From Octopus sinensis (lineage: Eukaryota): DNA of 64,000 nucleotides. Position numbers and translations under genes: made by a program. Below are positions 25,833-38,613 of the stretch, piece by piece. The stretch covers positions 7,750,001 to 7,814,000 of the forward strand of contig NC_043001.1 in assembly GCF_006345805.1 (NCBI RefSeq), written 5' to 3'. A model generated the notes under the pieces. It was not told the DNA's origin and did no database searches. It saw only the letters and a program-made list of their open reading frames with translations. Numbering within the stretch: position 1 is the first letter of the stretch; each line of letters starts with the position of its first letter.

Positions 25833-26216
25833 ATATATATATATATATATATATATACTACTATTATAGGATGAAGATTTTTACAGAAAAAAATTCTATT
25901 AAAAAAGTGGCAGCATTTTAAAATGCCTCTAAAGGTTAAAATTATAAACATCTTATAAAGAAGTGCAAAAGAAAATTATTTCTCTGCCAATATGCTGATA
26001 ACCGACTTTTAATTCGTCAATTTCCACATATTATTATACACTCACTACAGAAATAAGTTGTGCTGAAATCGAGGAAAGCTAGCCAGCAGGATTTTTTAAA
26101 GAACTTCGTTATTTCTATATTGAATCAATTTCGGAAGAAATCTCATAGATTTTTTCCTCGTCAGTAGAAAATAAGTATAGAAATAAATGAAATACTTACA
26201 ATACTTACATATATAC

Positions 26217-26266
<50 letters not shown>

Positions 26267-27494
26267 TATATATACATATATGCTTTCTTAAACACAGTTA
26301 TACACAACGTACAACGTATATATGCGCAAAATGTATTTGTTTTCCTTTGTCAGTCGTATGGTTATACTTTATTATGGCAGAACATATATTGCATTTTCTT
26401 ATGAAAATTATATTGTGGAAATCATTTCAGTAAAGTCATTCAGTTACAATAAAATGTTATATGTAATCAATTTTGCCCCGATCATCGATGCCCATATATT
26501 CCTGACCGTGTGGAGAAAAAATATACATGAGAAAAAAAAAACATATTAAACATATCATTGTTGTAATCAGACTTACTAAATTTGCATAGTAAGATGGTTT
26601 AGGTAGAGCATACGACCGCCGAAAGAACTTTTTATCAATCTACGTCCGACATCATTACCATGTTTGCCGTATGCAATCTTGAAAATAATAATATTAACGC
26701 GCATGATCAGATGATTTGAATTGGTTCAGTGTGCATCAAAATCACAGAGAAAATAGTTTGCGTGTTTCAGCTAAAATGTGCTTTGTAATTTCTCAAGTGA
26801 TTAAAGTGTCTTGCTCATAAACAATATAAGAATAAGACACGAACATTGGAAACGTATTCATGCTACAGTTCACTGATTGTCAGCAGCTGATTTCTTCCTA
26901 GCGATTTCCAGTTACACTTAGTTATTTCGCCTCGCTTCATTTTAAATTGACGAGACAATATACAATATTTCTGCCTATGAAACGTCTCAATTTTAAGATA
27001 CTTACTTATGTTATCTTGTTGAAACCAATTTCCTTTCAATATTGAATTAATTCGCACGTAGGCAATAAGTAACCTTTTCTAAGAAATTAAACAGGAAACT
27101 ATTAATATTACAGCTGTTCTCAAATTTAGAACATGTAACAGAGACGTAATCTAAAGTAAAGTTTAAAAGAATTACTTTCCAATGAAATAGATCTTTAAGT
27201 CATCCTACTTTTATAAGAGAAATTTGATGTTTCTCTGTAAAGTTCATGTTTGATTGATTGGAAAGTTATTCAAATATATACTGAAAATTGCAACACAGTT
27301 TTCAATATACTTTCATATATATTTTAATTTAAAATGCCAAAGGTTAACAATAGTGATTTTCGTGACATACACAAGATCAATTTACGCTTGTGTCTACTGC
27401 TAATTAATCAGTTAAAGATTTTATTTCTCTCCGTTCTACTTACAGTTTACAATCAGCACATAAAACAAATTAACGTTCAAATTAGAATATACGG

Positions 27495-27996
<502 letters not shown>

Positions 27997-28091
27997 TTTA
28001 TATATTTAGTCTTTGACTATTTTCTCTTTTCCACTAGGCCGCTGGTAGCGATAATTTCTATTGAATTTTTTGCTACCCTAAATTGACTATA

Positions 28092-28210
<119 letters not shown>

Positions 28211-30717
28211 CGGTATTGTGATATATACGAGAAGTAGGTGCACGTCAATAAAATACATGCATTATATAATTGATGACGTGAGATATTTTACAAAATAATC
28301 TATATTTCTCCACTAGACATTCTAATTGATGTCAATAAATCAATACTTTGAAGTAACATTTTGTCATCGGTTTCTTCAATATTTTACTATATATAGCAAT
28401 CTGATGAATTGACAAGAATATATACAGAATTACAATCTGTATTTAACGTCACATAGCTTAATACAATATATTTATATAAGAGAGTAAAGACAATGTTGCA
28501 ACCGCGAAAATATTTTTAAAAAAACCTTCGAAATTTTAGATCTTACGATCCTCTTGAGAGATTATCATCGTCATAGAGGATGCAGTGTTTCACTGATTGT
28601 GACTATCTTTATTTTACGATCGACTGTGGATACACACGAACTTGCAAGTAGACTTCTGAAATAAGAGAGAACGTTTGTTCAAATCTAACATTGAAATGAT
28701 CACACATATGCATCAAATCAAAAGTCGTGCTTATTACACTATACATTCAGACAGATTGTATAACAATCTGAGTCTCTGTTAATTAAATTTCAGTTTAACA
28801 GGATATAATTATGAAAGAGCTCTTGGATAGTGGGTGATTACAGTTCTAATTTAGCATGAACAATCATACCCTCGCCGTTACAGATTTAGAAAATATGATT
28901 AATATCTCCCGGTGATGCATTCTGAAGTGTACAACATCAATAAAAATTTAACATCCACAATTTCATGCTCAGCGAATCACCTCAAACTCCAATGTGAAAT
29001 GCTCGAAACATACGGAGTGATTTTACAGTTAGTACGTAAATGTTAATAACGTGCTATTGAATTCCTTATCATTTTTATATATGCTCTAATTAGATGAAAA
29101 TTGAAGTAATCATCTGAGTATTTTGATCCGAGAATGAATGGCATATCAGTTAAAAAATAGCGAATTCAGCCCGACATTTCGTTACTGCCCCCATGTCATC
29201 AAAATTCGCTTTGCTTATATACACTTCTTTCATACACTTTCCACATCCATTTGAAAGCTGTCCATTGCTAATCATTTATTTTTGGAAGATCCCATAATTT
29301 CATTATTAGCATTCCTTTATTAACTGAATTAAAGTAATCAAATGTTTATCATAGAGTCTGCTAGTCGAAGCAACTGTTTATGTGTGAAACATAAACGTCA
29401 TTAAAGTATTTGATAATCGATTATGTATCGATTCAGTGATCTCGTCATGCTGCGTCTCAGAAAATTTATGTTTAGATTAACAAATGAAAAGTTATTTGCA
29501 TGACAGGTTTCAACGAATGACTAACTTTTCATAATAAAAATATGCAGCATAAAACACGATATTGCTAACTGTCGTCTCATACATTTGACAATCGTCCATA
29601 TTGGCTAATGAAGATTAGAGCTGTAAAAACTGAGGACTCATCTATATAAGGCACAATAATATATTTTTTATTACTTTACAGTGTTTATAGTCTAGTGCTT
29701 TTGTTTCAATGAAATCCACTAAGCTGATACACATTAGAAACAAGACTCATGTATTTTTTTGCATTTGTTGATATTTTACTAAATGTTCATTAATGCAGGT
29801 AAGCGCAAACTCATTACGCTAAAAGCAAATGTTCTCATTAATTCTGAAATATCAGTCATGTAGATATACATGTGTATCAAACGTTGTATAATTCATATAA
29901 CATTGATATTAGATGTTTCGTATATTCGGTAGGAGAACAAGCGAATAAAGGTAGTTTCGTAGATCTGAGATGACATAATTATGAAATTTACGTTTTTGTT
30001 TTTAATTTTTCCGCAAAACCATATTAATTTATTTATTTCGTATGTGTAGGGGCAGGTTAAATATGAATTAGTGATAGAGTAGGTAGTTATTCCAGATCGA
30101 ACATTTCTGAAATTAAAGTTTTTTCTTGAAACAAAAAATTTTAAACTATGCAAACACATTCGAATACCAATCCAAGATTTCCAATTTGCACAGTAACTGA
30201 ATAAACAGCAGAAATAATCTGGAGTTGAATGATTTCATATTAAAAAATATATATTCCCATTTCGTTAATATTTATATTTTTTGCTCCATCGAAAAATATA
30301 CTGCCTTTAAAAGGGATGTTGCTTTCTTACACGATTTAAATTTTGGCGTTGAATGGTCCACATATGGGTGTTGATGACGTGCAGAATGTCGGTATTGCCG
30401 TCCCTTGAGATCCAGGAAAGTAGAAAAAAACATGCTTTTTGAGTAATCTGTTGCGAAGAAATAAGGAGAATCTCTTCAAGGTATAAACTGTATTATTATA
30501 TGACAGTCGCAACATATTGACCTATGCCGTAGAAAATGTAATGAGTGTATCCTCGTTTATAAATCGAAGATCTATATTGACATATATTGACAAAAAGGGA
30601 CACATCTTCAGTTTATTACTTATATTTTATAATAAATGTTTTAATAACTTTTGAAGTCGTCAACAATTTCTTTGTTTCCGCGTTGCATATGTATAATGCG
30701 AAAATATATTCATTTCT

Positions 30718-31099
30718 ATTCTAGGCACAAGGCTAGAAATTTGGGGGGAGATGGCCAGTCGATTAGATCGCACACAGTACGCAACTGGTACTTAATTTAT
30801 CGACCCCGAAAGTAAGAAGTGCTGTTATATCACAATAATACACAGTGGCAGTGTGAGCTACGAAATCCTCGTCGCCACTGTTATATCGCACGTTCCGATG
30901 ACCTCTACTTACCTCCTGACGTATAGAATTCTCCTGTCTATATCTATGTATTGGGATAGCCTTCTTTATCGTCTGGTGGCGTCCTCAAAACAAAAGCAAA
31001 GTCGACATCGGCGGAAAATGAACTCAGAACGTAACGGCAGACGAAATACCGCTTAGAATTTCTCATTGCGTGCTAATCTTTCTCCAAGCTCGCTGCCTT
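30718..31099 (-). mobile_element. SINE family C interrupted by a ~180-bp insertion
   Basis: The consensus cgaccccgaaag|gatgaaaggcaaagtcgac is split by 30813-30991. Confidence 0.8.
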
Positions 31100-32635
31100 A
31101 ATGCGAAAATATATTGAGAGACCAAGTCATGCTCTCATAGATTTGAGTGCAATAATTATCAAAAGAAAGGTCGAAAGCTTTTCAATTCCATGAATATTAT
31201 TTCCAACTGCAAGCTCGCGTTTGACAAGAAATTTTAGAAATTCTTTGCTTGTTCTTGCATTCTTCGTGGCTATATCGAACAATTGCAAATAAAGAATGCA
31301 TCGTAAAAACGAAAAGAACAATGAACATTTACTCCTGTGTTAGCTATTCGCATCTGAATGAATTGTTATTGATTCAATATGCTTCAAACAATCGCGTGAA
31401 AGATTTCATTTGTAAATGCTACAGACAATCTCGTCAAAGATTTCATTAATAAACTGTTCCAGTAAATATCTGATTCAAAAACTCAATATCCAATAGTATT
31501 CTTACAGGAGGTGCTGCTCAAATCTATACAACATATTATTCACTATGAAAGAATCGATGCCAATTAACGCAAAAAATGTTTTAGAATATTTAGCTATGAC
31601 TAATTACATAGACATAATTATATGTATAATAAAACTCTACTTAAATAACAAAATAACAGGTTATTTATCTGAAATTTCATCTTTAAGTATATGCTGTCTT
31701 TATTTATTTTAAGGATAAGCTCAAGTCTTGCCATAAAATCTTTCAAAATTGTGTTGCAGAATTTCAATGCCCTAAAATCGGATATCAGTGACATCTGCTT
31801 ACACCGTATTCAACTTCCTTGATTATAATTAAGATTGTGATTATCAGATCATTAAAATTGATGCAACTCTTTTTTTTTAAATATTATTTGTTTATATGCC
31901 AACATAAAAGTGTTCCAAAGGGGACGAAGATTTCAAAAATCATCGCAGACTAACACAAGTAAACAGCGGTAAACGAAAGAAAAGTGAACAGTTTAGTAAT
32001 GGAAGACATCTTGCTAATTTTCAGTCAAATTGATGATACAGCTTCTCTAAAGAATATTATTGTACTAAAGTTGAAATAGCACAAAAGAATCGCCGAAATT
32101 TCTCTTTACAGACAGTTGCAGGAAGAGGAGACAAAAATCTGATAATTCTTGAAATGACAAAATAATTGAAAATCATTGAAATGAAAGATTCGTGAAATAA
32201 TGCTATCACGTAATATTTATAATTATATTTCTTATTGACAGCTGACAATTTGGAAAATGTCTGCGGCCAACAACACCATTTACAGTTTCAAAGAATGATG
32301 TGTGTGTGTGGGTGAGTGTATGCGTGTGTATCTACAGTGTGTGTGTGACATATACATATGTGTAACGTATTTCTAACACTGCTAAGAAGTACGTAACACA
32401 CAATTTTACTTCAATGACTCAATGAAATGTATTGAGATATCCTACATCCATACAGTCAAGTACACATTTTCAAGAGAAACCAATGAAAATTGTACCGATT
32501 TCTGTCAACATGGGTTAGCTATATATATATATAATATATATATATATGTATAAGGGTGAAAAGGAACACACGAGTTGATATATATGAAAAAACAAGTAAA
32601 AAATAGAAAATGCTAAAATAATTTTATAGTGAACA

Positions 32636-32679
32636 TTTCAGTACCGGTTTCGGTCATTTTGAGACCTTTTCAACTGTAA
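32636..32679 (-). ncRNA. Type I hammerhead ribozyme variant (copy in the left arm)
   Basis: Exact reverse complement of 34863-34906. Confidence 0.72.
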
Positions 32680-33234
32680 CGATTAAATAATTAATTTAGA
32701 AAAATTAGAAGAAAAGTTTTTTTAAAAGAATATTTCTATAGTAGTGTTCAGATTTAAGTGGCATTCTGCCTTTCTCTGACTCCCTTGTTTGCACTTGTGT
32801 GTTCGAGGTAGTTGTGAGCTCTTGGTAGGGTAGTAGAGAGAAGGCTGGTGAGGAAAGGGGGGTGGGAGAATCTGGGTTGCCCTGATGGTCGTATTTTGAA
32901 TGGTCAGTGGCGGCTGGCAGTCTCAGTTCAATTCAGGAGAATATTTATATGACAGGCTTCTTTCTAGAATTAGCGTAGGTGTTATACTAAAACATTAGTG
33001 ACAAACTTAAGGGGTAGGGGGTGGAGAAGAAGAAGAAGAAGAAGAAGAAGGAGAAGGAGAAGGAGAAGGAGAAGATGACGATGATGTGATGGTGGTGATG
33101 ATTATGACGACGATGATGATGATAACGATGATGATGAAGAAGAAGAAGAAGACGAAGAAGGAGGAGAAGGAGAAGATGGTGGTGATGATGGTGGCGATGA
33201 TGATGATGCCGATGATGATGATAACGATGATGAT

Positions 33235-33267
<33 letters not shown>

Positions 33268-33393
33268 AACAGAGAAGGGAGAATATGAATGTAAATATAG
33301 CTATGAAGGGGCTGATTAGTAATGGATTCTATTGAGTGTAGTATTTTGTGTGGGTATATATATATTTTTCTTTTATTCTAAAGTTGAGGTATA

Positions 33394-33921
33394 TTAATTG
33401 TTTGTCGTAGACCCGTTAAGAAGTGGCTTGTATTTTGTAATAAAGAGATTTTCTTTACTTATTCGTTGTCTCGAGGTTGTATCGTCCCTAAATTGGTAGA
33501 GGGGGAAAATTCTGAAGTTTGGTGTTTTTTTGTTGGCGCAAGTATCTATGTGTTGGCTAAAAGCTATTTTTCTGTTTTGGGGAATTTTTATCTGGGATCT
33601 GTGCAGGGCCATTCGTTTACGCAAACCATTTTTTGTTTGGCCTATGTACTGCTCTTGACACCCGGAGCAGGTTAGTGAGTATATTAGGTTCTCCGAAGCA
33701 CATGTGAAGTTGCTTTTCACTGTAAAACGTTGTCCCTGTTTGAAGGAGAACTCAGAACCCTCGATTAGATAGTCGCATATCCCGCAATTGGGTCTTCCAC
33801 ATTTTTTTACTGTCGGCTTCTGTGTTGAAGAGTGAATTCGGGCTTGTGTAAGGAGACTTTTCATGGATCTAGGCTGTCTTTTGCTTTTTATGATCGTGTG
33901 TGTTTGGAGGATTGTGTTCAT
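33394..33921 (-). CDS. PLE GIY-YIG endonuclease domain (5'-truncated, Neptune-like Cys pattern)
   Basis: IIKSKRQP..LLT; CGRPNCGIC; ENLIYSLTCSGCQEQYIGQT (GIY...YIG with an internal CxxC); LRKRMALHRS; terminal KYKPLLN. Confidence 0.9.
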   Translation of the reverse strand: MNTILQTHTIIKSKRQPRSMKSLLTQARIHSSTQKPTVKKCGRPNCGICDYLIEGSEFSFKQGQRFTVKSNFTCASENLIYSLTCSGCQEQYIGQTKNGLRKRMALHRSQIKIPQNRKIAFSQHIDTCANKKTPNFRIFPLYQFRDDTTSRQRISKENLFITKYKPLLNGSTTNN

Positions 33922-34862
33922 TCTGTGGTCTGGCCCTGCACAGATCCCAGATAAAAATTCCCCAAAACAGAAAAATAGCTTTTAGCCAACACATAGATAC
34001 TTGCGCCAACAAAAAAACACCAAACTTCAGAATTTTCCCCCTCTACCAATTTAGGGACGATACAACCTCGAGACAACGAATAAGTAAAGAAAATCTCTTT
34101 ATTACAAAATACAAGCCACTTCTTAACGGTCTACGACAAACAATTAATATACCTCAACTTTAGAATAAAAGAAAAATATATATATACACCACAAATACTA
34201 CACTCAATAGAATCCATTACTAATCAGCCCCTTCATAGCTATATTTACATTCATATTCTCCCTTCTCTGTTTTTTCTTCTTCTTCTTCTTCTTCTCCTCT
34301 CTTCTTCATCATCATCGTTATCATCATCATCGGCATCATCATCATCGCCACCATCATCACACCATCTTCTCCTTCTCCTCCTTCTTCTTCTTCTTCTTTC
34401 TTCATCATCATCGTTATCATCATCATCGTCGTCATAATCATCACCACCATCACCATCATCGTCATCTTCTCCTTCTCCTTCTCCTTCTCCTTCTTCTTCT
34501 TCTTCTTCTTCTTCTCCACCCCCTACCCCTTAAGTTTGTCACTAATTTTTTTAGTATAACACCTACGCTAATTCTATAAAGAAGCGTGTCAATATAAATA
34601 TTCTCCTGAATTGAACTGAGACTGCCAGCCGCCACTGACCATTCAAAATACGACCATCAGGGCACTCCCAGATTCTCCCACCCCCCTTTCCTCACCAGCC
34701 TTCTCTCTACTACCCTACCAAGAGCTCACAACTACCTCGAACACACAAGTGCAAACAAGGAGTCAGAGAAAGGCAGAATGCCACTTAAATCTGAACACTA
34801 CTATAGAATATTCTTTTAAAAAAACTTTTCTTCTAATTTTTCTAAATTTAATTATTTAATCG

Positions 34863-34906
34863 TTACAGTTGAAAAGGTCTCAAAATGACCGAAACCGGTA
34901 CTGAAA
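34863..34906 (+). ncRNA. Type I hammerhead ribozyme variant (U3-A8 core)
   Basis: TTACAG-TTGAAAA-GGTC(TCAAAAT)GACC-GAA-ACCGGT-A-CTGAAA. Stem I is CAG/CTG plus an extension, stem II is 4 bp, stem III is palindromic ACCGGT and the triad is GUA. C3-G8 is replaced by compensatory U3-A8. Confidence 0.72.
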
Positions 34907-34952
34907 TGTTCACTATAAAATTATTTTAGCATTTTCTATTTTTTACTTGTTT

Positions 34953-35046
<94 letters not shown>

Positions 35047-35941
35047 TATATATATATATATGTATGTATATATCTCGCACAGAATCCTACACTTCTTGGC
35101 CCTCTTTTTCTTTAGCTCCCAATTTTCCTCCTAGTTTATCTCCTCTGTACCTTTCCCTTTGTGTCTTTTATGTTTCTAATCCTTCAATTTCGCTGCCCCC
35201 TACATCTCTCTTCTTCTCCCACGTGACCGGAATCCGGCCAGCCATGGTCTTTCTTTCTAGGCCTGACTGCAGACCGCCAACACATCTACTATCCATATGC
35301 TATGTTCTTGCTTTTAGGCTTTCACTTCATACACGTCAGTTCAATTGGATTCGTTCTCAGCCGAAAGACACCTGTTATTATATTCTTGTTGTTTGTATTT
35401 GTCATTGTGTACCATGTTCTCGGTATTTTGTTTTTGTTGCCGTACACAATCGCTCGCTTACTTACAAAATATCGAATGCTCTTTTCCTAGACTCTTTTGG
35501 GGGCAACCAGATCGATCTGTCTCAAGTGCAACTGTTCGAAACATCGAATGTTCATGAAAAATTAAACTGCAGTAGCGCAAGCTTTCTTTCTCTCATATAC
35601 CAATAAAGTAGTGCATTTTACCTTCCCTGTCATAAAAAGAGAAAACAAATATGGCTGGTGTAGTGTATGCCGAGAAACATTCATATTAAACGCAAAAGCC
35701 ATTAACATCGAAATGGATAAATTTCTCCAAGTACTTGAAAGACACACCACTCACACATATTCACACACAGACAAAGATGCATATGGAGACACACGCCCAT
35801 ACATAAGGGACGGACATATAGTGAAACAAACCTATACATATAGACACACTCAAGCACGCACACACACATACATACGAACACGCAATGGACATACAAACAC
35901 AGGAATTTGCAGAATACATACATACCAATGTACACGCATGC

Positions 35942-35975
<34 letters not shown>

Positions 35976-36038
35976 CTCAATAATGAGGGTGAATAAAATT
36001 ATAGATATTAATTTAATAATACCCTTATTATTTCTAGC

Positions 36039-36078
36039 ACTTAGAGTTTACAGATTCAAAGTTGGCTCTCTAATATTT

Positions 36079-36134
<56 letters not shown>

Positions 36135-36174
36135 AAATATTAGAGAGCCAACTTTGAATCTGTAAACTCTAAGT
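36039..36174. repeat. Perfect 136-bp palindrome centred on (AT)24
   Basis: 44-bp arms at 36039-36082 and 36131-36174 are exact reverse complements around a self-complementary (AT)24. Confidence 0.95.
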
Positions 36175-37791
36175 TACACGACGACTCTCATCCACCGGAC
36201 CACAGACTTTATTAGAAGAATCAGGTGGGCGGCCTACCATTTCGATAACCCGGAGAAAAGCAACCCCAACTCTAACCAAGAAGAAATAGTACACAGGAAG
36301 ATATTTAAAAGCAGAAGAAACCCACCCTCTAACTACGCACTGGAAAATTTTGAAAAAGACTTAATCGATCTCATTACCAACATCAACATTAGTAAACATA
36401 AGACCATTTCCAACACCCACTTAAGGAGCCTTAAAGATTTCCTGCATTCACTTAGGAACGATGATAGTCTTATCATACCCGCCGACAAGACTGGGAACTG
36501 GTATAGGCTAGACTACCAAACCTACAAATCGCTCATCATGAGGGAACTTAGCAAAAAATATAAAACTACTTCTACGGATAACCTTAAGGAAATTAACTTC
36601 AAAATCAAGGAAGTTATGAGCAAATTAGACCTCCTAGACAAAACAGAACCTATTAAACCACAAGTACCCAAAATTACTATTAAAGACCATAAGAAAGACT
36701 TCCCAGATAATGTAGGAGTAAGATTAATCTGTCCGACTAAATCGGATATCGGCAGACTTAGCAAGACTATCCTGGACAAAGTGATCCCACACATCAAACC
36801 CCACATCCCACTCCAACTATGGATTAACACCGACGATGTGCTAGAATGGTTTAACACTATCACCAATAGGCCCGACTACTCATTCATCCAATTCGACATA
36901 GCTAGCTACTACGCCAGTATATCCCCCATCTTACTTAACAAATCCCTTATATTTGCCCGCAACCTTTCACTCATAGACAGAGAAAAAATTGACATAATAC
37001 TATTAGCTAGAAGAACCATAATAGAATTCGACGGTAGACTCTGGACCAGATCCGATACCCCCGACAATTTTGATGTGGCTATGGGCTCGATTGATTCAGC
37101 TCAGGTGACTGACTTGGTCGGGGCCTACCTGCTCAAGAAGCTTTTCTCCGAGGTACCGGATCTTCAAGGGGGTCTATACAGAGACGACGCTCTCTTCATA
37201 TACCCCACCAACAATAGGAGTAAACTAGAAAGAATTAGGAAAAAGATCAGGCTTTTTTTCAAATCCTTCAATCTTAAACTAGAATTTATGACCAACACTA
37301 AAATAGTAAACTTCTTAGATGTTAAGTTAGACTTGAATAAGCACCTTCACCACCCGTATAGGAAACCCGAAGAAACTACCAAATACATCCATACCTCTTC
37401 CAACCATCCACCCTGTATAATTAGCACCACGGTCCAAGCCATCTCAGACAGACTGACAAAACTATCCTCTAATAGAGAAATTTTCAATAATCACGCACAA
37501 CACTACAACCAGGCTCTCTATAGTGCCGGGTATAACCAGAGAATATCATATGTAGAACACCCGGGAGCGTCCGTCTGCCATAAAATTCCCAATTATAATC
37601 GAACTCAGCACTCAACTCACACTAGCGATAATTCTAATTTAAACTCCAAACAACGTATAGGAAATAGGCGAACTAATAGAATAGCACACAATAGTAACCC
37701 TCCCGACGAGAGCAATATAGATCCTATTAGGAGAAATAGAAGGGATATAGATTACGCAAATATATATGGTTCAACTTACCTTACAACTTAG
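36175..37791 (+). CDS. PLE reverse transcriptase (N-terminally clipped)
   Basis: The frame is open from 36175 (YTTTLIHRTTDFIRRIRWAAYHF...PADKTGNWY) through FIQFDIASYYASI, VAMGSIDSAQVTDLVG, LYRDDAL, VNFLDVKLDL and YIHTSSNHP. Confidence 0.95.
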   Translation, partial: YTTTLIHRTTDFIRRIRWAAYHFDNPEKSNPNSNQEEIVHRKIFKSRRNPPSNYALENFEKDLIDLITNINISKHKTISNTHLRSLKDFLHSLRNDDSLIIPADKTGNWYRLDYQTYKSLIMRELSKKYKTTSTDNLKEINFKIKEVMSKLDLLDKTEPIKPQVPKITIKDHKKDFPDNVGVRLICPTKSDIGRLSKTILDKVIPHIKPHIPLQLWINTDDVLEWFNTITNRPDYSFIQFDIASYYASISPILLNKSLIFARNLSLIDREKIDIILLARRTIIEFDGRLWTRSDTPDNFDVAMGSIDSAQVTDLVGAYLLKKLFSEVPDLQGGLYRDDALFIYPTNNRSKLERIRKKIRLFFKSFNLKLEFMTNTKIVNFLDVKLDLNKHLHHPYRKPEETTKYIHTSSNHPPCIISTTVQAISDRLTKLSSNREIFNNHAQHYNQALYSAGYNQRISYVEHPGASVCHKIPNYNRTQHSTHTSDNSNLNSKQRIGNRRTNRIAHNSNPPDESNIDPIRRNRRDIDYANIYGSTYLTT

Positions 37792-37914
37792 CAGTTAGGG
37801 TAAGTTATGTAAGAGAATATTCTCTATCATTTCCAACAACTTCCCACCCACCCACAAGTATAGAAGTATCTTCTCCAACAAAACCATTAGGATTTCCTAC
37901 TCTACCTGCCCAAC

Positions 37915-38613
37915 ATGAGCTGCCTCATAGCTAAACATAACTATATTAATATTAGAACAGCTAGATCAAGAGCAAACCATAGCGACCAACAGAACCCCCC
38001 TCATCTAGACAGTAGACAATATAACCAGACTGGCAGCCATAATACCCAAACAGTTAGTAATAACACCCGCCAACACAACAGAGGAAATACTACACCCATC
38101 AACAACCAGGAGGATACCAACGCCCCCACTCGTATTGCAACACCTCCGCCTGGGATTAGCAGCACACGACCGAATAATGCAATGCAATGCAACTGCAGAT
38201 GTGCATCAGAGTGCCCGCTGCAGGGCGCATGTAGGGCGAAAAACGTAATATATTCATGTGAGGTGAGTACTCAGTTTAACACACTCACCTATATTGGTTG
38301 CTCAACCTCCTGGAAATCCAGATACTACAACCACCGGTCCTCGCTGAGACACAGACATAAGGCTAACAGCACCTCCCTTTCTAAAAGAATTTGGGAATTA
38401 AAAGACAAATGTATAGGCTTCAAACTCAGATGGTCCATCATCGGATCAGCTGCACCTTATTTAAATAATAGAACAGGATGCCAACTATGTTGTGTAGAAC
38501 TCCTGAACATCTTGAAATTCAAAGACAAACACAATCTTATTAACAAAAGGTCAGAGTTCAAACCATCCTGTATACACAAACTTACTAATACTTTCAGATA
38601 CTACAAAGCTTAG
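37915..38613 (+). CDS. PLE GIY-YIG endonuclease, same frame as the RT
   Basis: CNCRCASECPLQGAC, NVIYSC...YIGCS, KSRYYNHRSS, TSLSKRIWELK, CQLCCVE, INKRSE and CIH motifs. Confidence 0.92.
   Translation: MSCLIAKHNYINIRTARSRANHSDQQNPPHLDSRQYNQTGSHNTQTVSNNTRQHNRGNTTPINNQEDTNAPTRIATPPPGISSTRPNNAMQCNCRCASECPLQGACRAKNVIYSCEVSTQFNTLTYIGCSTSWKSRYYNHRSSLRHRHKANSTSLSKRIWELKDKCIGFKLRWSIIGSAAPYLNNRTGCQLCCVELLNILKFKDKHNLINKRSEFKPSCIHKLTNTFRYYKA

Larger units (their letters stand above)
32579..34963. mobile_element. 5'-truncated Penelope-like element with inverted copy of its 3' end
   Basis: 32579-33611 is the reverse complement of 33931-34963 (paired coordinates sum to 67542 at both ends). The 319-bp spacer holds the unique start of a GIY-YIG ORF. 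Flanked by (TA)n. Confidence 0.92.
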
